A stretch of DNA of 64,000 bases. Source: an uncultured Desulfobacterales bacterium. Lineage in GTDB: Bacteria; Bacteroidota; Bacteroidia; Flavobacteriales_G; Salibacteraceae. The notes under the pieces were generated by a model, which saw nothing but the letters and a program-made list of their open reading frames with translations, searched no databases and was not told the origin of the DNA. The DNA lies in NCBI GenBank assembly GCA_964195485.1, contig CAXMPG010000082.1, forward strand, positions 282-64,281. The letters are read 5' to 3'. Shown one piece after another: positions 37,697 to 47,777 of the stretch. The position numbers and the translations under genes are program-made. The number at the start of each line of letters is the position of its first letter. The stretch's first letter is position 1.

Positions 37697-40081
37697 ATGA
37701 GATATTTAAAAGGGAACGTTTTGTTCCTGGTATTTGCAATTTTGGCATTAAGCTTTCAAACAGCTCAAGCACAAGGTAACTGGTGTGGTCAGGTAGAAAT
37801 GGAGCAACGCTACATGGATGAACATCCAGAAAAAGTAGTCGAAATAGAAGCTTTAAGAGAACAAATGAATCAGGAAGCTTTAGCGGCTGAAAGTCATAGA
37901 GGGCCAAGAGCAATAAAGGTTATTCCGGTAGTATTTCATGTGCTTCACTTAAACGGCCCTGAGAATATTAGCGATGCGCAAATAATGGATCAAATGAGAA
38001 TCATGAATGAGGATTACAACAAGGGTAATGCTGATTTGAGTGATGTGGTAGCTTCTTTTGTAAATGTAATTGGTGATGTGGGTATTGAATTTAGGTTGGC
38101 TAAAATAGACCCAAACGGAAATGCTACTGATGGTATTGATAGGGTGTATTCGTCTAAAACCAATAGTGGAGGAGAATCTGCCAAAATTAATTACTGGAAC
38201 AGAAGCATGTATCTTAATATATGGGTGATTAAAAACTGGGACAGCACTATTCCAAGTTCCGTATTAGCTTATTCAAGAACGCCATCTGGAGCCAATAGTA
38301 TTCCGAGTAAAGATGGCGTAATTATTAAATCGATATATGTTGGGAGTATTGGTACTGGAAATCCAGTATACGCAAGAACGTTAACGCACGAAATTGGGCA
38401 TTATTTAAACTTATCACACACATGGGGAGCATCTAATAACCCCGGTTCTTCTGCTAATTGTAACAGTGATGATGGTGTTTCAGATACTCCAAACTGTGTT
38501 GGTACATTTTCATGTAATACGAGCACGCAATCGTGTGGTTCGTTAGATATGATTCAAAATCATATGGATTACGCAGATTGCACCGTAATGTTTACGGAAA
38601 AGCAAGGAATTAGAATGATTTCAGCGTTAAACTCTGCTATTGCACAAAGAAATAACTTGTCTACTCCCGCAAATCTTACAGCTACTGGAGTAAATCAATT
38701 AACATTGGCGAATTTTTCGGCTAATAAGTTGACCATTTGCCAATATGAAACGGTTGATTTTACCGACTTGAGTGAATATGATGCTTCAGCTTGGAACTGG
38801 ACTTTTGAAAATGCACAAACAGGAAGTTCAACTACGAGGCATCCACAAATCACTTATTCTCAACCAGGTGTTTTTGATGTGAATTTATCTGCCTCTAACG
38901 CCACCAATACGGTTGCGGAATCCAAAGTGGGGTATATTATGGTAAACCCAATGTTAGGAAATTTCGCTCCATTTGTAGAAGATTTTTCAACCGTTTCTCA
39001 ATTGAATAATGAAAATTGGTACGGGGTTAATGATAATGCGGATGCGTATGAATTTGTAGCAGATCCTGTAAACGGATTTTCAGCGTCACCATGTTTAAGA
39101 ATAGAAAATTTTGGAAATGCAAATACCTCTAAAGATGAGTTAAGATCAACCACTTTTGATTTGAGATTATTTTCAAGTGTGAGCGTTTCTTTTAAAGTAG
39201 CGTATGCACAAACAGCACCAAATGATTTGTCTAAGCTGATTTTATACGCCTCTAATGATTGTGGAAAAACTTGGGCCCCAAGATGGTCGGCTACCGGAAG
39301 TTCTATGGCTATTGCGGCAAATACACCCAGCTATTATACGCCCGCGGGGAACCAAGATTGGAAACCATATACCGTAACTATTCCGAGTAGTTTATTAGCA
39401 CAAACCAATCAATTCAAATTTGTTTTCGAAAACAAAAATGGCAACAACTTATACTTTGACGATTTTAGTATCAATGGACCGTATTTAGATGTGGCGCAAT
39501 TAAAATATCCTTTAAACGGAATGGCTAATGTTCCAAGTAATCAAGTGATTTACTGGAAAGCCATGGGCGGTGGCGTTGAATCTTACGAGTATCAAATAGA
39601 TTCTGATCCAAGTTTCACTTCCGGTAATTTACAAACGGGTATCAATCCTTACGTTACAATTACAGATGGTTTAGACACAGAGTTTACCCCTACTGGATTG
39701 GTAAACGGACAAAAATATTACTGGAGAGTACGTTTGATTATTGGAGGTCAAGCCAAGTCTTGGAGTAGCACTTGGAATTTTACAGTAGCTGCCAATGGGG
39801 TTTCTACCGAAGATATTTTATTGGCTAAATACCAATTAAAAGTATATCCAAATCCTATGAAAGATAACGGGTATTTATCTTTTACTATGCCAACAGGAGA
39901 TAATGTTCAGCTAATAATTACCGATGTATTAGGTAAGTCAAATCGCGTATTAGCGGATAATTATTATTCTGAGGGTAATCATTTATTTAATTTATCGGAG
40001 TTAAATTTAACTCCAGGTATGTATGTGTTAAACATGCGTATTGGAAGTGAATCTATTCATCAAAAATTTATTATACACTAA
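37697..40081 (+). CDS. M43 (pappalysin/ulilysin) zinc metalloprotease with PKD domain and T9SS type A CTD
   Basis: Prodomain CG, IPVVFHV, HEIGHYLNLSH, Met-turn NHMDY, PKD WTF..YSQPG and VYPNP...KFII. Confidence 0.9.
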   Translation: MRYLKGNVLFLVFAILALSFQTAQAQGNWCGQVEMEQRYMDEHPEKVVEIEALREQMNQEALAAESHRGPRAIKVIPVVFHVLHLNGPENISDAQIMDQMRIMNEDYNKGNADLSDVVASFVNVIGDVGIEFRLAKIDPNGNATDGIDRVYSSKTNSGGESAKINYWNRSMYLNIWVIKNWDSTIPSSVLAYSRTPSGANSIPSKDGVIIKSIYVGSIGTGNPVYARTLTHEIGHYLNLSHTWGASNNPGSSANCNSDDGVSDTPNCVGTFSCNTSTQSCGSLDMIQNHMDYADCTVMFTEKQGIRMISALNSAIAQRNNLSTPANLTATGVNQLTLANFSANKLTICQYETVDFTDLSEYDASAWNWTFENAQTGSSTTRHPQITYSQPGVFDVNLSASNATNTVAESKVGYIMVNPMLGNFAPFVEDFSTVSQLNNENWYGVNDNADAYEFVADPVNGFSASPCLRIENFGNANTSKDELRSTTFDLRLFSSVSVSFKVAYAQTAPNDLSKLILYASNDCGKTWAPRWSATGSSMAIAANTPSYYTPAGNQDWKPYTVTIPSSLLAQTNQFKFVFENKNGNNLYFDDFSINGPYLDVAQLKYPLNGMANVPSNQVIYWKAMGGGVESYEYQIDSDPSFTSGNLQTGINPYVTITDGLDTEFTPTGLVNGQKYYWRVRLIIGGQAKSWSSTWNFTVAANGVSTEDILLAKYQLKVYPNPMKDNGYLSFTMPTGDNVQLIITDVLGKSNRVLADNYYSEGNHLFNLSELNLTPGMYVLNMRIGSESIHQKFIIH

Positions 40082-40099
40082 TATCTATCACACCATTTT

Positions 40100-42490
40100 A
40101 TGAAGTATTTAGTTTGGTCATTTTTGACCTTCACCATGGCAATTTCGGGTTTTTCTCAAAATACCGTTTGCGGCACAGATTATTTTTTAGAGAAAGAATT
40201 CGAAAAGGATCCTTCCTTTCAAAATGTAGCAGAACAAAACTGGATGCTCAGTGACGGGCCATCTACGCAAGCCGAAGGAGCTAGAGCAGTGAAAATTATT
40301 CCGGTAGTATTTCATGTTTTACATGATAACGGAATTGGAAACATATCGTACGCGCAAATTTTAAGTGCTATGGATATGATTAATGAGGACTTTAGAAGAA
40401 CTAACGCAGATACCTTATTGACTAGGGCTGTTTTTGCGCCATTCGCAGCAGATTCAGAAGTAGAATTTAGATTGGCTCAAATAGACCCAGATGGTAATTG
40501 TACCGATGGGGTAGTTAGAATAGACAATCCAAATGCTTCGTATGATGCAGGTAACAATGTGAAATCTATTAGTAATTGGCCTTCTAATCAATATTTCAAT
40601 ATTTGGGTAGTAAACAACATTGAAAGTAGTGGCGTGAACGGTATTATTTTAGGTTACGCACAGTTTCCAGGTACCGGTTCTTGGACAAATTACGGAATTG
40701 TTATTAGAAATGATAGAGTAGGACGAACAGGAACTGCGGGAAGTGGTGATAGAACATTAACGCATGAAATTGGGCACTGCTTAAACTTGATGCATACTTT
40801 TCAATCTGGATGTGGTAGTTCGTGTCAATCTTCGGGAGACAGAGTATGTGATACTCCTCCAGTAGATTTTTCTACGCAAGCATGTAATAAGTCTTTTAAC
40901 CAATGTAGTAACGATGCTTCTGGTTCTAGTGTATATAACACGGATGTAGTAGATCAAATTGAAAATTACATGAGTTATAACGACTGTCAAAACATGTATA
41001 GCATTGGACAGAAAGTAAGGATACAAAATGCGTTAAATAACTTTAATACATTGGTTCAGCTAACATCCGCTAGCAACTTAACCAATACCGGAGTTTTAAA
41101 TACAAACCCGGGTATTTGTAAGGCAGAATTTGAGGTAAATAGTAATGTGATATGTGTAGGACAAAATCTTTCATTCTCAGATTTATCTTTCTTTAATCCA
41201 AAAACATACACATGGAAATTTGAAGGTGGAAACCCAAGTATTTCTAACATGAAAGATCCTATAGTTTCTTATAACACCCCAGGGCAATATAAGGTGGAGT
41301 TAACCGTAAAAGATTCGAATAATCAAACGGCAACAACGGTAAGAAACAATTACATAACGGTGCTAAAATCTAATGGAAATACAGCGCCATTTATAGAGTC
41401 ATTTGAGAATGCCACAAGCCTAAGCGAACTAAATTGGTTTACTGATTTTTATCCTCCAAGTTTCGGATGGGTATTGGCAAATAATGGCGGGTCAACAGGC
41501 CAAAGCGCTATTAAAGCAACAGCTTATAATAACTCGGGTAAAATTAGCGTGATTAGTGAAGCCTATGATGCAAGTAACTTAACAGATGCAGTTATTACAT
41601 TTAAACATGCCTATGCTCCAAGACCAAACGAATCAAACAACTATTTACGTGTTTACGTATCGGGAGATTGTGGATTAACTTGGAAAATACGCTACGTAAC
41701 GGGAGGATTAAATATGGCTACTCGCGCAGAAATGTCGGGAGCTTATACTAACCCGTCTAGTACAGAATGGAAATTAGATTCCTTTTCTGTTTCAACTATT
41801 TCTTTAACAGAAAATACACGTCTTAAGTTTGAGTATAATTCAAATGATGGCAATAATATTTTTGTAGATGACATTAGAATTACGGGAACAAACAGGGAAG
41901 ATATTATTCTGAGATCACCGCAAAACAACGCTTCAAATGTGTCTGTAAATCAATTGTTAAATTGGAACGCCACAAGCGCTGTTGATTACTATACGGTTGA
42001 AATGGATACGGATACCAATTTCAGTTCATCTAATTATGTAACGCAGCAATTAAGCTATATCTCTACCTCATCTAACGATGTAGATACGGAGTTTATGATG
42101 AACAATCTTACCGATGGAATTACCTATTACTGGAAGGTGACTTCTACTTTAAATGGCGTGGACACCGCATTTTCAGAAATTTGGAATTTCAAAGTTGATT
42201 CTACCGCATTGAGCGTAATTGATGTGCAAAACACCCATCTTTCCATGTCGATTTATCCAAATCCTGCCAGTGAAAATGTGAATTTAGATGTGGATTTGAA
42301 CACCGCCAGCCCGGTAACTATTTTGATGTATGATATTACTGGGAATCTGGTAAAGAATATTTTCAATGGAACGTTAACAAACGGAAAATCACATTTCAAT
42401 ATCCGTAGAGACGGATTAAGTCAAGGCGTATATTTAATTCAAGTTATTTCTGAAAATGGAATCAATACCGCAAGAGTGGTATTAGAGTAA
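40100..42490 (+). CDS. M43 zinc metalloprotease with PKD domain and T9SS type A CTD (tandem paralog)
   Basis: VCG, IPVVFHV, HEIGHCLNLMH, NYMSY and IYPNP. Confidence 0.9.
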   Translation: MKYLVWSFLTFTMAISGFSQNTVCGTDYFLEKEFEKDPSFQNVAEQNWMLSDGPSTQAEGARAVKIIPVVFHVLHDNGIGNISYAQILSAMDMINEDFRRTNADTLLTRAVFAPFAADSEVEFRLAQIDPDGNCTDGVVRIDNPNASYDAGNNVKSISNWPSNQYFNIWVVNNIESSGVNGIILGYAQFPGTGSWTNYGIVIRNDRVGRTGTAGSGDRTLTHEIGHCLNLMHTFQSGCGSSCQSSGDRVCDTPPVDFSTQACNKSFNQCSNDASGSSVYNTDVVDQIENYMSYNDCQNMYSIGQKVRIQNALNNFNTLVQLTSASNLTNTGVLNTNPGICKAEFEVNSNVICVGQNLSFSDLSFFNPKTYTWKFEGGNPSISNMKDPIVSYNTPGQYKVELTVKDSNNQTATTVRNNYITVLKSNGNTAPFIESFENATSLSELNWFTDFYPPSFGWVLANNGGSTGQSAIKATAYNNSGKISVISEAYDASNLTDAVITFKHAYAPRPNESNNYLRVYVSGDCGLTWKIRYVTGGLNMATRAEMSGAYTNPSSTEWKLDSFSVSTISLTENTRLKFEYNSNDGNNIFVDDIRITGTNREDIILRSPQNNASNVSVNQLLNWNATSAVDYYTVEMDTDTNFSSSNYVTQQLSYISTSSNDVDTEFMMNNLTDGITYYWKVTSTLNGVDTAFSEIWNFKVDSTALSVIDVQNTHLSMSIYPNPASENVNLDVDLNTASPVTILMYDITGNLVKNIFNGTLTNGKSHFNIRRDGLSQGVYLIQVISENGINTARVVLE

Positions 42491-42584
42491 ACGGATAGAG
42501 GCCTTACAGGGATTTAATTTATTGGATGATTCCCAAAAGCCCTTCCCCCTGGGAGGAGGAGGCTAAGGGGGATTGAAATCAATT

Positions 42585-42627
42585 AAAAAAAAAGCCTAGT
42601 AGAAAATCAAATTCTACTAGGCTTTTT
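42585..42627. terminator. Bidirectional intrinsic terminator
   Basis: A-run, AGCCTAGTAGAA..TTCTACTAGGCT, T-run, between convergent genes. Confidence 0.8.
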
Positions 42628-42648
42628 AATAAAATATATTACCAAATA

Positions 42649-44691
42649 CTATTCTGTAATCCCTTCTAAGTCAAATATAAAAGCATACTCTAAAGCGGTT
42701 TCTTTCAATCCTTCAAAACGTCCAGATGCCCCTCCGTGTCCGGCTTCCATATTGATTTTAAGAAGTAATTTATTATCGTCTGTTTTCAAATCACGTAGTT
42801 TAGCGACCCATTTTGCCGGTTCCCAATACTGTACTTGAGAATCATGTAAGCCACCAGTAACTAACATATTTGGATAGTTTTTAGTTTCAATATTATCATA
42901 CGGAGAATACGATAAAATGTAATCATACGCGGCCTTTTCTTTTGGGTTACCCCATTCGTCAAATTCACCGGTAGTTAACGGAATGCTTTCATCTAACATA
43001 GTGGTAACTACATCAACAAAAGGAACTGCTGCTACCACACCATTCCATAACTCAGGACGGTAATTAATGATAGCACCCATTAATAAACCACCTGCACTTC
43101 CGCCCATAGCGTAAAGATGTTCTGGGGTAGTATATTTTTCTTCAATCAGAAATTCGGCACAGTCAATAAAATCGTAAAAAGTATTCTTTTTATTCCTCAT
43201 TTTACCGTCATCATACCACGCACGACCTAGCGTTTGACTACCTCTAATATGGGCAATTGCAAAAACAAATCCTCTATCCAATAATGTTAAACGGGTAGAG
43301 CTAAACCCAGGGTCAATCGAATGTCCGTAAGAACCGTAAGCGTATAATAATAATGGGTTTCCTTCCGGCCGTTTCATATCCTTTTTGTACACCAAAGAAA
43401 TAGGCACTTTCTTGCCATCGCGAGCGGCAGCCATAAATCGTTTAGACTCGTATTTACTCAAATCATAGCCGCCAATAACCTCTTGCTGCTTTAACAACTC
43501 TTGCTCTCGGCTGTCCATATTGTAATCATACAAGCTCGAAGGAGTCGTCATTGAGGTGTATCCGTAACGTAAAACCTTAGTGTCGTAATCTCTGTTCACA
43601 GAACTGTAAACCATGTAAGCAGGGTCGTTAAACTTGATGTAATGTTCTTCGCTACCATCCCAAGGAATAATGCGCAAATTGGTCAGTCCATCTTGTCTTT
43701 CACCTAACACTAAATAATCCGTGAAAATCTCTAAATCTTCTAAAAGAACATCCTCTCTATGTGCAATAACTTCGGTCCAATTCTCTTTTTCCGTTTTGCC
43801 GATTGGCGTTTTCATTAATTTGTAATTCTTCGCGTTCCAGTTCGTAGATACGTACCAGTAATCTCCAAAATGAGCTACGCCATATTCGTGATCATCTTCT
43901 CTTTTTTGAAACATGGTAAATGCTTCGGTGGGCGTTTCAGAATTTACATACTGGAATTCTGTGGAAATAGAACTTCCAGAACCAATAATGATGAATTTTT
44001 TAGATTTCGTACGGTAAACAAAAGTGTTAAACGTAACATCCTCTTCATGGTAAACTAAAACATCCTCTTTTTGCGAAGTGCCTAAAACATGTCGGTAAAT
44101 TTTATGCGAACGTAAGGTATCATCTTTTTGAGAATAAAATACCGTTTTGTTATCGGCTGCCCAAGTGACTCCTCCAGTGGTGTTTTCTAAAAAGTCAGAA
44201 AGCATTTCACCCGTTTCTAAATTTTTAAAAGAGATGTGATAAATCCGTCTACTTACAATGTCTTCTCCAATAGCAACAATTTTGTTGTCATCGCTAATTG
44301 ATAAACCGCCTAAAGCGTAAAAATCATGTCCTTTAGCACGATCATTTTGGTCAAGAATAACCAACTCTTCGGTGTCTAAATGGTCCTTTTTTCTGCAATT
44401 GATAGAATATTCGTTTCCTTTTTCAAATTTGGAGTAATAAAAATACCCGTTTGACTTATAAGGTACAGATTGGTCATCTTCCTTAATTCTATTCTTCATT
44501 TCATGAAACAAGTTCTCTTGAAACTCATCGGTATGTTTCATTACTTTTTTAGTGTAATCATTTTCCGAATTAAGATAATCAATCACTTCCTTATCTTCTC
44601 TATCGTTCATCCAATAATAGGGGTCAACTCTAGTGTGGTCGTGGATTGTAAGGTCTTTGTTTACTTTTTTAGCTATTGGAGAATTGGTCAT
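42649..44691 (-). CDS. ptrB: Oligopeptidase B (S9A)
   Basis: RVDPYYW, YAYGSYG, GGSAGGLL, HDSQVQYWEPAKW and AGHGGASGRF. Confidence 0.92.
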   Translation of the reverse strand: MTNSPIAKKVNKDLTIHDHTRVDPYYWMNDREDKEVIDYLNSENDYTKKVMKHTDEFQENLFHEMKNRIKEDDQSVPYKSNGYFYYSKFEKGNEYSINCRKKDHLDTEELVILDQNDRAKGHDFYALGGLSISDDNKIVAIGEDIVSRRIYHISFKNLETGEMLSDFLENTTGGVTWAADNKTVFYSQKDDTLRSHKIYRHVLGTSQKEDVLVYHEEDVTFNTFVYRTKSKKFIIIGSGSSISTEFQYVNSETPTEAFTMFQKREDDHEYGVAHFGDYWYVSTNWNAKNYKLMKTPIGKTEKENWTEVIAHREDVLLEDLEIFTDYLVLGERQDGLTNLRIIPWDGSEEHYIKFNDPAYMVYSSVNRDYDTKVLRYGYTSMTTPSSLYDYNMDSREQELLKQQEVIGGYDLSKYESKRFMAAARDGKKVPISLVYKKDMKRPEGNPLLLYAYGSYGHSIDPGFSSTRLTLLDRGFVFAIAHIRGSQTLGRAWYDDGKMRNKKNTFYDFIDCAEFLIEEKYTTPEHLYAMGGSAGGLLMGAIINYRPELWNGVVAAVPFVDVVTTMLDESIPLTTGEFDEWGNPKEKAAYDYILSYSPYDNIETKNYPNMLVTGGLHDSQVQYWEPAKWVAKLRDLKTDDNKLLLKINMEAGHGGASGRFEGLKETALEYAFIFDLEGITE

Positions 44692-44946
44692 TTATGATAG
44701 AACGTTTTCGGTGTTTTTAATATAAGATGTAGTAAGAATGGCGAATGAAACACATAGTATTTAAGCCTCATTCTACTTTTTAATTCGGACAAATTACGGT
44801 CTTTTAATATTGGGATAAAAGTGAACCTTTGTTAATTAACACACTAATTACCCCGCAAGTACTTATAAATCCTAGTAAAAGCTTCAGGTGTTTTTAAAAA
44901 AAAAGCTATTTTGCGAATCAATAAATACCAAATCAAGGGCTTATTA

Positions 44947-47739
44947 ATGATTAAAGGATACTCTTATTTAAAAATTTTGTTACTTATTTTTCTTCCAGTA
45001 TTGGGGTTAATAGGAACGAATTCAGCGCAAGCTCAAGACCAAACCAACACCATTACTGGTAAGATAGTGGATAATGAGTCGGGTGAAACAGTTATTGGCG
45101 CATCCGTAATTATTAAAGGAACTACTATTGGAATAACCACAGATATTGACGGAAACTTCACGTTAACCACAACTAACCCCTATCCAATTGTATTGGTGAT
45201 TAATTCAATGGGTTACAACAAGCAAGAAATTACGGTAAAGGGTGCTGGTGAAAAGATTAAGGTTAAAATGAAAACCAGTGACGTGATTTTAGAGGCCGTA
45301 GAAATTGTAGATTCTAGAATTACTGACAAACAAAAAGAATCTCCTCTTACCGTTGAAAGTATGGATATTACAGGCATTAAAGAAGCGCCATCGGGTGATT
45401 TTTATGAAAGTTTAGGTAATATGAAAGGGGTAGATATGACCTCTGCTTCTATTGGAATAAAGGTGATTAACACCAGAGGGTTTAATAGTACATCTCCAGT
45501 ACGTTCTCTTCAAGTAATTGATGGTGTTGATAACCAGTCTCCCGGATTAAATTTTTCTTTAGGAAACTTTTTAGGCGCCTCTGAATTAGATTTAAAACGG
45601 GTAAATATTATTGCGGGTGCAAGTTCTGCATATTATGGACCTGGTGCATTTAATGGTGTAGTTGCCATGGAAACAAAAGACCCTTTTTACTTTCCGGGGT
45701 TAAGCGCATCTGTTAAAGTCGGTGAGCGAAACATGAATGAATATGCCGTTAGATGGGCACAAGTAGTAAAAACAAAAGACGGAAAGCCTGGAAGATTTGC
45801 GTATAAAATCAATGCGTATTACATGAAGGCTAATGATTGGGAAGCAGAGAATTACGATGCCGTTGATGGTTCGGATTGGTCAGCAGAAAACCCTGGAGGT
45901 TACGATGCCGTAAATGTATATGGCGATGAAGAGTTAGATGCACAATACACGTCTTCTTTTGGTAAATTAGGAAACCCAGGATTAGGAGCAATGGCTAGAA
46001 CGGGTTATAAAGAAATTGATATTGCAGATTATAACACCAACAACTTAAAATTTAACACCGGACTTTTTTACAAAATAACAGATTCTGTAGTCGTTAATTA
46101 TTCGTTTGCTTACTCTACGGGGACCACGGTTTACCAAGGAGATAATAGGTATAGCTTAAAAAACATCCAGTTTATGCAGAATAAACTAGAGGTTAAAAAA
46201 GAAGGTAAATGGTTTATCAGAGCGTATGCTACGAATGAAGATGCAGGTGATTCTTATGACATTGTAACTGCCGCTTTAAGAATGCAGGAAGAATCAGTTG
46301 ACGATACCGAATGGTTTAAGCAATACAAAACACTTTGGGGTACGACTTACAAAAGAGATATTGAAAGTGACCCGAATTACCCAGCGTATGATTTTTCATC
46401 AACTATTGATGAATGGGCAGCCAATGATTACGATCCTTGGTTCATTAACAATTTAGATTCATTATCAAGCTGGCACCAGGTGACTAGAGATGATATTGAT
46501 TCGGATCCTAGAAAAGGAAACGCACGAATTGAACCTGGAACTGCAGCCTATGATTCACTTTTGAGTGATGTGACTACGAGAACCTTTACAGAAAACGGAG
46601 CTCGATTCTTTGATAAATCTGCCTTATACCACGTTCAAGGAGAATATAAATTCACGCCTAAATTTTCTGACGTAATAGTGGGTGGTAATGTGAGAATGTA
46701 TAGACCAAACTCTCAAGGAACCATTTTTAGTGATTCAACGGAGAGTATTACCAATAATGAATTTGGCGTATTTGTTGGGTTAGAAAAAAGAGTCGCATCT
46801 AAGAAATTGAAATTAAATGCTACGATAAGAATGGATAAGAATCAAAATTTCGATTTCTTATTCTCTCCAGCCATTTCAATGGTATATACCATTAACAAAA
46901 ATCACACTTTAAGAGCTACGTTCTCTTCGGCAATAAGAAATCCAACTTTGGCTGATCAATATTTATATTACAATGTGGGTAGAGCTATTTTGTTAGGAAA
47001 CCTGAATGGGTATGATTCATTAATTACTATTCCATCTATTAGAGATTATGCAAGTTCTTTAAGTACCAGCGACTTGGTGTATTTCAATACGGACCCTATC
47101 CGTCCAGAGAAAGTAAAAACGATTGAGTTTGGTTATCGAGGTACAATATTCGATAAAGTATATCTGGATATGTCAGCATACAACAGTTGGTATGACGATT
47201 TTATTGGGTATGTAATTGGTATCGATGCAGAGTTTGATGTATTCAACTTTATCAGCGATGCGCAAGTATATAGATTAGCTGCAAATGCTGCCGGTCAGGT
47301 AACTACTCAGGGTGTTTCTTTAGGTGCAAATTATTTTTTCGCAAAGAATTTTGCCTTTAATGGAAACTACTCATGGAACAAATTACAATCGGGTGAAGAC
47401 GATCCAATTATTCCAGCTTACAACACGCCAGAACATAAATATAACTTAGGTTTTACTGGACGTGATTTAGCTTTTAAGAATTTTAAATCTGTTAAATTTG
47501 GATTTGGAGTTAACTATAAATGGATTCAAGGTTTTATATTTGAAGGATCGCCACAATTTACGGGGTTCTTACCTACGTATGATTTAGTTGATGCTCAGGT
47601 AAATGCGAAGATTAAAAAATGGCATACCACGATCAAATTAGGGGCTTCAAACCTTTTAAACAATAAAGTGTATCAAGTGTATGGCGGTCCAAGAGTTGGG
47701 CGTTTAGCGTACATCTCAGCACAATTTGAAATTAAATAA
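44947..47739 (+). CDS. TonB-dependent receptor
   Basis: Carboxypeptidase-regulatory N-domain, plug NTRGF..IDGVDN..GASSAYYG, and a barrel with PEKVKTIEFGY. Confidence 0.9.
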   Translation: MIKGYSYLKILLLIFLPVLGLIGTNSAQAQDQTNTITGKIVDNESGETVIGASVIIKGTTIGITTDIDGNFTLTTTNPYPIVLVINSMGYNKQEITVKGAGEKIKVKMKTSDVILEAVEIVDSRITDKQKESPLTVESMDITGIKEAPSGDFYESLGNMKGVDMTSASIGIKVINTRGFNSTSPVRSLQVIDGVDNQSPGLNFSLGNFLGASELDLKRVNIIAGASSAYYGPGAFNGVVAMETKDPFYFPGLSASVKVGERNMNEYAVRWAQVVKTKDGKPGRFAYKINAYYMKANDWEAENYDAVDGSDWSAENPGGYDAVNVYGDEELDAQYTSSFGKLGNPGLGAMARTGYKEIDIADYNTNNLKFNTGLFYKITDSVVVNYSFAYSTGTTVYQGDNRYSLKNIQFMQNKLEVKKEGKWFIRAYATNEDAGDSYDIVTAALRMQEESVDDTEWFKQYKTLWGTTYKRDIESDPNYPAYDFSSTIDEWAANDYDPWFINNLDSLSSWHQVTRDDIDSDPRKGNARIEPGTAAYDSLLSDVTTRTFTENGARFFDKSALYHVQGEYKFTPKFSDVIVGGNVRMYRPNSQGTIFSDSTESITNNEFGVFVGLEKRVASKKLKLNATIRMDKNQNFDFLFSPAISMVYTINKNHTLRATFSSAIRNPTLADQYLYYNVGRAILLGNLNGYDSLITIPSIRDYASSLSTSDLVYFNTDPIRPEKVKTIEFGYRGTIFDKVYLDMSAYNSWYDDFIGYVIGIDAEFDVFNFISDAQVYRLAANAAGQVTTQGVSLGANYFFAKNFAFNGNYSWNKLQSGEDDPIIPAYNTPEHKYNLGFTGRDLAFKNFKSVKFGFGVNYKWIQGFIFEGSPQFTGFLPTYDLVDAQVNAKIKKWHTTIKLGASNLLNNKVYQVYGGPRVGRLAYISAQFEIK

Positions 47740-47777
47740 TAATAACCAAAATCAAATAATAACTAAATAAGAAGAAT

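Noticed and set aside
38386-38420. HExxHxxNxxH instead of HExxHxxGxxH in the M43 proteases
   Set aside because: Asn at this position is known in ulilysin-type pappalysins.
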